The position numbers and the translations under genes are program-made. This document shows positions 59,920 to 64,000 of a stretch of 64,000 nucleotides of DNA, piece by piece. This stretch comes from Mobula birostris (taxonomy: Eukaryota), in NCBI RefSeq assembly GCF_030028105.1, contig NC_092387.1, positions 38,945,590 to 39,009,589 of the forward strand, written 5' to 3'. Each line of letters starts with the position of its first letter. Position 1 is the stretch's first letter. Below the pieces are notes generated by a model. It was not told where the DNA came from. It did no database searches and worked only from the letters and a program-made list of their open reading frames with translations.

Positions 59920-60280
59920 TAAGTAATAAGCAGCCAACACGGAAGACATATTGAGGCATCTGACTCGAAATGACAAACTCTGGATGGCAAAAGATGTGAG
60001 GCATGGTTACTGTAGATGTAGAAGAGGTCACATGTCGAAGCTAAACATTGCGGTGATCTATCGGGCAACAGTAATTCCTGGCCTCCTATATGCTTCTAAG
60101 ACCTGGACTACCTCTAGCAGGTATCTGAAGGCACTGGGGAGATACTGTCTCCAAAATGTCCACATAACTTACTGGAACTGAGCCGTGAAGCGACATTAGT
60201 GACCTTTCCCAGCCTAACGCCCCCAGCATTGAGACTTTTGCTACGCTCAGTTGGGTAGGCCAGGTTGTTTGCTTGACACC
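59920..60280 (+). mobile_element. RTE-clade LINE fragment
   Basis: VIYRATVIPGLLYASKTWTTSSRYLKAL resembles the RTE C-terminal motif vY.a.v.p.LLY.seTW. Confidence 0.65.
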
Positions 60281-60344
60281 GGGCACTGAAAAGATAAGGA
60301 TAAACTCAAACCCTCGCTCCTGCGATGCGCCACCCTCACTAACC

Positions 60345-60485
60345 CCTGACCCGATGAAGCTTCTCGGCCCGAAACGTCATTTGTTTATGCTCCTCTATAG
60401 ATGCTGCCTAACTTGCCGAGTTTCTCCAGCAATGTGCGTGTGTTACTCTAGATTCCCAACAGCTGCAGAATCTCTTGAGTGTTGA
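60345..60485 (+). mobile_element. Penelope-like terminal repeat with a hammerhead-like motif
   Basis: ccgatgaagcttctcggcccgaaacgtc...atagatgctgcc...gagtttctccagca...cagctgcagaatctcttg. Confidence 0.7.
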
Positions 60486-60875
60486 CAATCCCCGGTAAAT
60501 ACAGAACAGGAGCACTGGAGAGCACTGGGTCTTTACATCGGGAGTAAGTGCTGTGTATAAGCTGCGGAAGGAATTAACCCCTTTACTAACTATTCACTTC
60601 TTCGTCGGCCATCTCCTGCTGTCTGTGGAAGAGCCCAGCGTCCTCATATTGTTCCCATCAGACACGCTGGGGACCGTTAAAGTAAAAATAAGGTATCCTC
60701 CATCCCGAGGGATGCACAAGAAGACTAGAGGCAGAATGGGCCCACATATCAGTTCCTGTATACACGCTATTTTTCTAGGTAGTTAATCAGGAAGGGTCGA
60801 TGCATTTCCCTCGCAATCTCTGGAATTAACAAGATTACCACGCACAGTCCTGAAGTAACTCACAAAGGCATAACA

Positions 60876-61180
60876 CCATACGATCATAGGGCATAGGAGC
60901 AGAATTAGGCTATTCAGCCCATCGAGTATGCTCTGCTATTTCATTCCATCCCTCTCAACGCCATTCTCCTGCCTTCCCTCCGTAACATTTGACGCCCTAG
61001 CAAATCAAGAACCTATCAATCTTCGCTTTTAATATACCCAATTATTTTGGCCTCCACAACCCATCCTTAGAAATCCATAGATTCACCATCCTTTCGCTAA
61101 AGAAATTCATCCTAAACTCGGCTCAACGCACTTCTGAGCAGGTACCCTCTGGTCTCAGACAACCCCACTATAGGAAATGT
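60876..61180 (-). mobile_element. CR1 LINE 3' end fragment
   Basis: accatacgatcatagggcataggagcagaattaggctattcagcccatcgag tail, then agattcaccatcc...aagaaattcatcct. Confidence 0.72.
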
Positions 61181-61775
61181 CAGCGGTTTAGGCAAATAGA
61201 GAGTCGACGTTTGGAGTCGAGGCTCTCCATTCCCCTAGACAGATGCTCCAGCGCTTTGTGTGTTGTTCCGGTTTTCATCAGCTGCCATCTCTGTGTCTGC
61301 ACATTCCCGTCACACAGCCTCCATGGGTTACTCCGGGAGCACTTGGACCCGTCGCTTTGGCAGGCACTTCGCCTGGCTTCAAGCGGCGGTATCAAGTGGA
61401 ACTCCGCACTATCCTTGCACAGAACCGAAGAGCGGAACTCGTAAATCAGTTGCATCATCCAGCAGCAAGCAGCTTCCAGCATCGACATTTTAAATTAATG
61501 TAGAAAGAGAACACCACATTAACGCAAGATACAATGCCATTAAAATAATTGCATTATTTACTTTATAATAGTGTTTTGGCCCAGGAAGAAAAAAGTGGAA
61601 ACAGATAACCAATGTCGAGGCTGTTTTACTTCCCTGCAGTTATCTTACAGTTTTAAAGCGCTGTTCCTTGCAGAGGCTCTTAGCTAATGCAGCTCTTTGA
61701 TCTGAGCCAAACTAATGGGCAATTTCTGCACTAAATAGGAAGCCGGGATTGTTGTCACATTCCTAATTTCTCCCA

Positions 61776-61890
61776 GAGAAAACCTACAGCACAATACAGG
61801 CCCTTCGGCCCACAAAGCTGTGCCGAACATGTCCTTACCTTAGAAATTACCTGGGCTACCCATAGCCCTCTATATTTCTAAGCTCCATAT
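61776..61890 (-). mobile_element. Short young CR1 3' tail
   Basis: agaaaacctacagcacaatacaggcccttcggcccacaaagctgtgccgaac. Confidence 0.7.
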
Positions 61891-64000
61891 ACAAACCTGC
61901 ACCCACAAACAAATTTCACCTTAATTTCAACAGGAGCTTGGTTTTAATATTTATTGGTCCTTCTGCAACGCACTAAGTATTGCTGAGTGAGCTTCTCAGT
62001 GTGGCCGGGTCGTCCATGTCCAGAAACAGAGCGGTTCTCCGGTATACCCGGGCAAGAGTAAGTCAGTATTTAAAGTTAACTACGGGTTGCGTTGCATATT
62101 TAAATCTACCAAGCAGTTAAGTGATGTTAATCTGAAGTGGACCGATTTAGTTTGCCTGAAGCATTTGCCTTCAAAGCCAACACCCAATTGCCCTTAAGGA
62201 GGTCGAGGTTGGACATTTTCCTAAACTGGTCCATGGTGAAAATGATCGATTCGAGGTCCTGAAAAGAACCAAGATTATCGCCTGAATAAGGGAGGAAACC
62301 TGGTTGTGTCTGTGTTCCCATGCATCTACTTGCTCTTCCCCTTCTAGTTTCTTAGCAAGTGCTACCTGAGATCAACAGATACTGCCATGGCGGATCAGAT
62401 AGTCACTGTTGTGGATGGCAAACCGATCAAACCTGTTCCGTTCAACCCGTCTCTCCGCTGCTAGCCTCTGAGTTGCCGCCCGTGCCCCTGTGGTGATCAT
62501 TGGTGTGCAGGGAGAGTCACGTGACCGCCCCCCCTCTATGTTCTGGTGAAGCCGCAGCCACATAGTGGATAGAACCATACCGTGGCTAGGTTGTTGCGCG
62601 GTTACAATGGAGATTTGACTGAGGTATGAGGTAAAGAACGATGCTTTTACAAATGCAACTTCACTTAAAGCCTTCTACCATAAAGTCACTTTGGATGTTA
62701 TATCACGTAAAAATTATATTTTATTTGGTTTAAAAAAGTAGACGGTGTTACTGGATCAGTTAATCGAGAAAATGCGAGATTAGATCCCATTTCGAGATTC
62801 AGCTGAAAAAGAACTGGTTCAGGTAGCTGATTTTTTTTTCACTAAAGTTCTTGTTAAAGGATTGGAAACTACTGCTACTTCAACTTCGACTGGAGGCATT
62901 CTCGGTGTTTCCCATCTGGAGCACGTTGTTGCCTACCTGGCAGCAGGCGGCTGAAGCGATCAACATGTTCCAGGCTGTGTCTCGGGAAATGGCCACTAGG
63001 TGGAGAGAAGGGAAGATCAACAGAGATCGTCGAAACTTCGTGCACAGGTCTTACTTTCCGCGACTTGGCCCATGACTGTGGTTGAGGTGATAGAGTTCAT
63101 GCATTGGGGCGGAGGGTCTTCTGAAACGGTGCAAGAAACAGACCAACTCCCAAACTACCCTGCAGTTCACCCCTCCCTTCCCAGTAATAAAATCTGTAAG
63201 TCCCACATTGATCTCATCAGTTGCCTCAAAACCTAAAAAGTGTCGAAGCAAGCCATCTCTAAATAATGATGTATAAGCTGCAACGATTACAGCAATTCAC
63301 TATTTTGTATCTAATGCTTGGGTGGTTCAACACTGATGTTGCTCTTTCAAATATTTCTAGTGCCTCTGCTGCCAGGTTTATCCTCAGAAGCAACGTGGAT
63401 TTCTATACCACTGATAAAAAAAAACTGCAGCTGCTTTAAGTCTGAAGTAAAAACATAATGTGCTGGGAACATCACCTTGTCAGGCAGTATCTGTGGAAGC
63501 ATAATTAACTTTTCAGACTCTAGGGCCCTTCATCAGGCTCAATCGGAGTACTGAGTGTTTCCAGTACTTTCTGCTTTCGGTACTGCACCCTGCACTGAGT
63601 TAATGTTCCACTAAGGCAGTGTAGGTCACCAGTAATGAAATGTGCTGCAAGTGGGAAGGCTGCTTTATACCAGGAATGGTCCATAAATGCATCTTGCACA
63701 TCCTGAAGGGAAAAAAATAATTATAATCCCAGCAAATGTTCATTGAACTCTACTTATCTTATTGAGTTTAGTTTCTATTTCTGAACTATTTCCATATTGT
63801 AGAGAATGAAACAGCAAATGCAAAGAGTTTGAACAAATACCATTCTGCCTATGCTTGTGGGCAGGTGGGTGGGCAGGAGGCAGGAAAGGGGCATGTTTTG
63901 CTGTTATTTTTGTTGTTGCTTGTTGTGTCCTGTGTTGGTCATGAGCCCTGCTGGCCTTGCACCAGCATTTGTTAATTGTTGTCTCATCTAGAGTCATTAA

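Noticed and set aside
61180-63251. Short ORFs and acceptor-like sites as possible GDF2 or other exons
   Set aside because: No TGF-beta cysteine pattern or other recognisable protein. A non-coding transcript cannot be excluded.

Overview
Eukaryotic (vertebrate) genomic DNA, most likely a cartilaginous fish such as a ray or shark; this is inferred from the repeat landscape (CR1, Rex1/Babar, Penelope-like, tRNA-SINEs, Tc1) and a four-module RBP3. Two N-gaps lie at 2965-3195 and 29019-29636. Three spliced genes were rebuilt by hand with GT-AG junctions and compatible phases. (1) An anthrax toxin receptor family gene (ANTXRL-syntenic, ANTXR1-like sequence) on the minus strand; coding exons 1-3 are at 30023-30174, 1492-1563 and 1335-1406, and the gene runs off the left edge. 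(2) A complete 3-exon ZNF488/PRDM8-like gene on the plus strand (37285-41289, 541 aa) that keeps an N-terminal PR/SET domain. (3) A complete 4-exon RBP3/IRBP gene on the minus strand (46338-56634, 1219 aa, four modules). The order matches the human 10q11.22 neighbourhood. The 28-kb ANTXR intron 1 is packed with nested, decayed transposons. Points of interest are minimal hammerhead-ribozyme relics in Penelope-like repeats, micro-insertions with target-site duplications (one duplicates a CRX/OTX site upstream of RBP3), a MER2-like MITE, back-to-back perfect hairpins and a visible switch in CpG retention near 29.6 kb. I found no clearly novel protein system.
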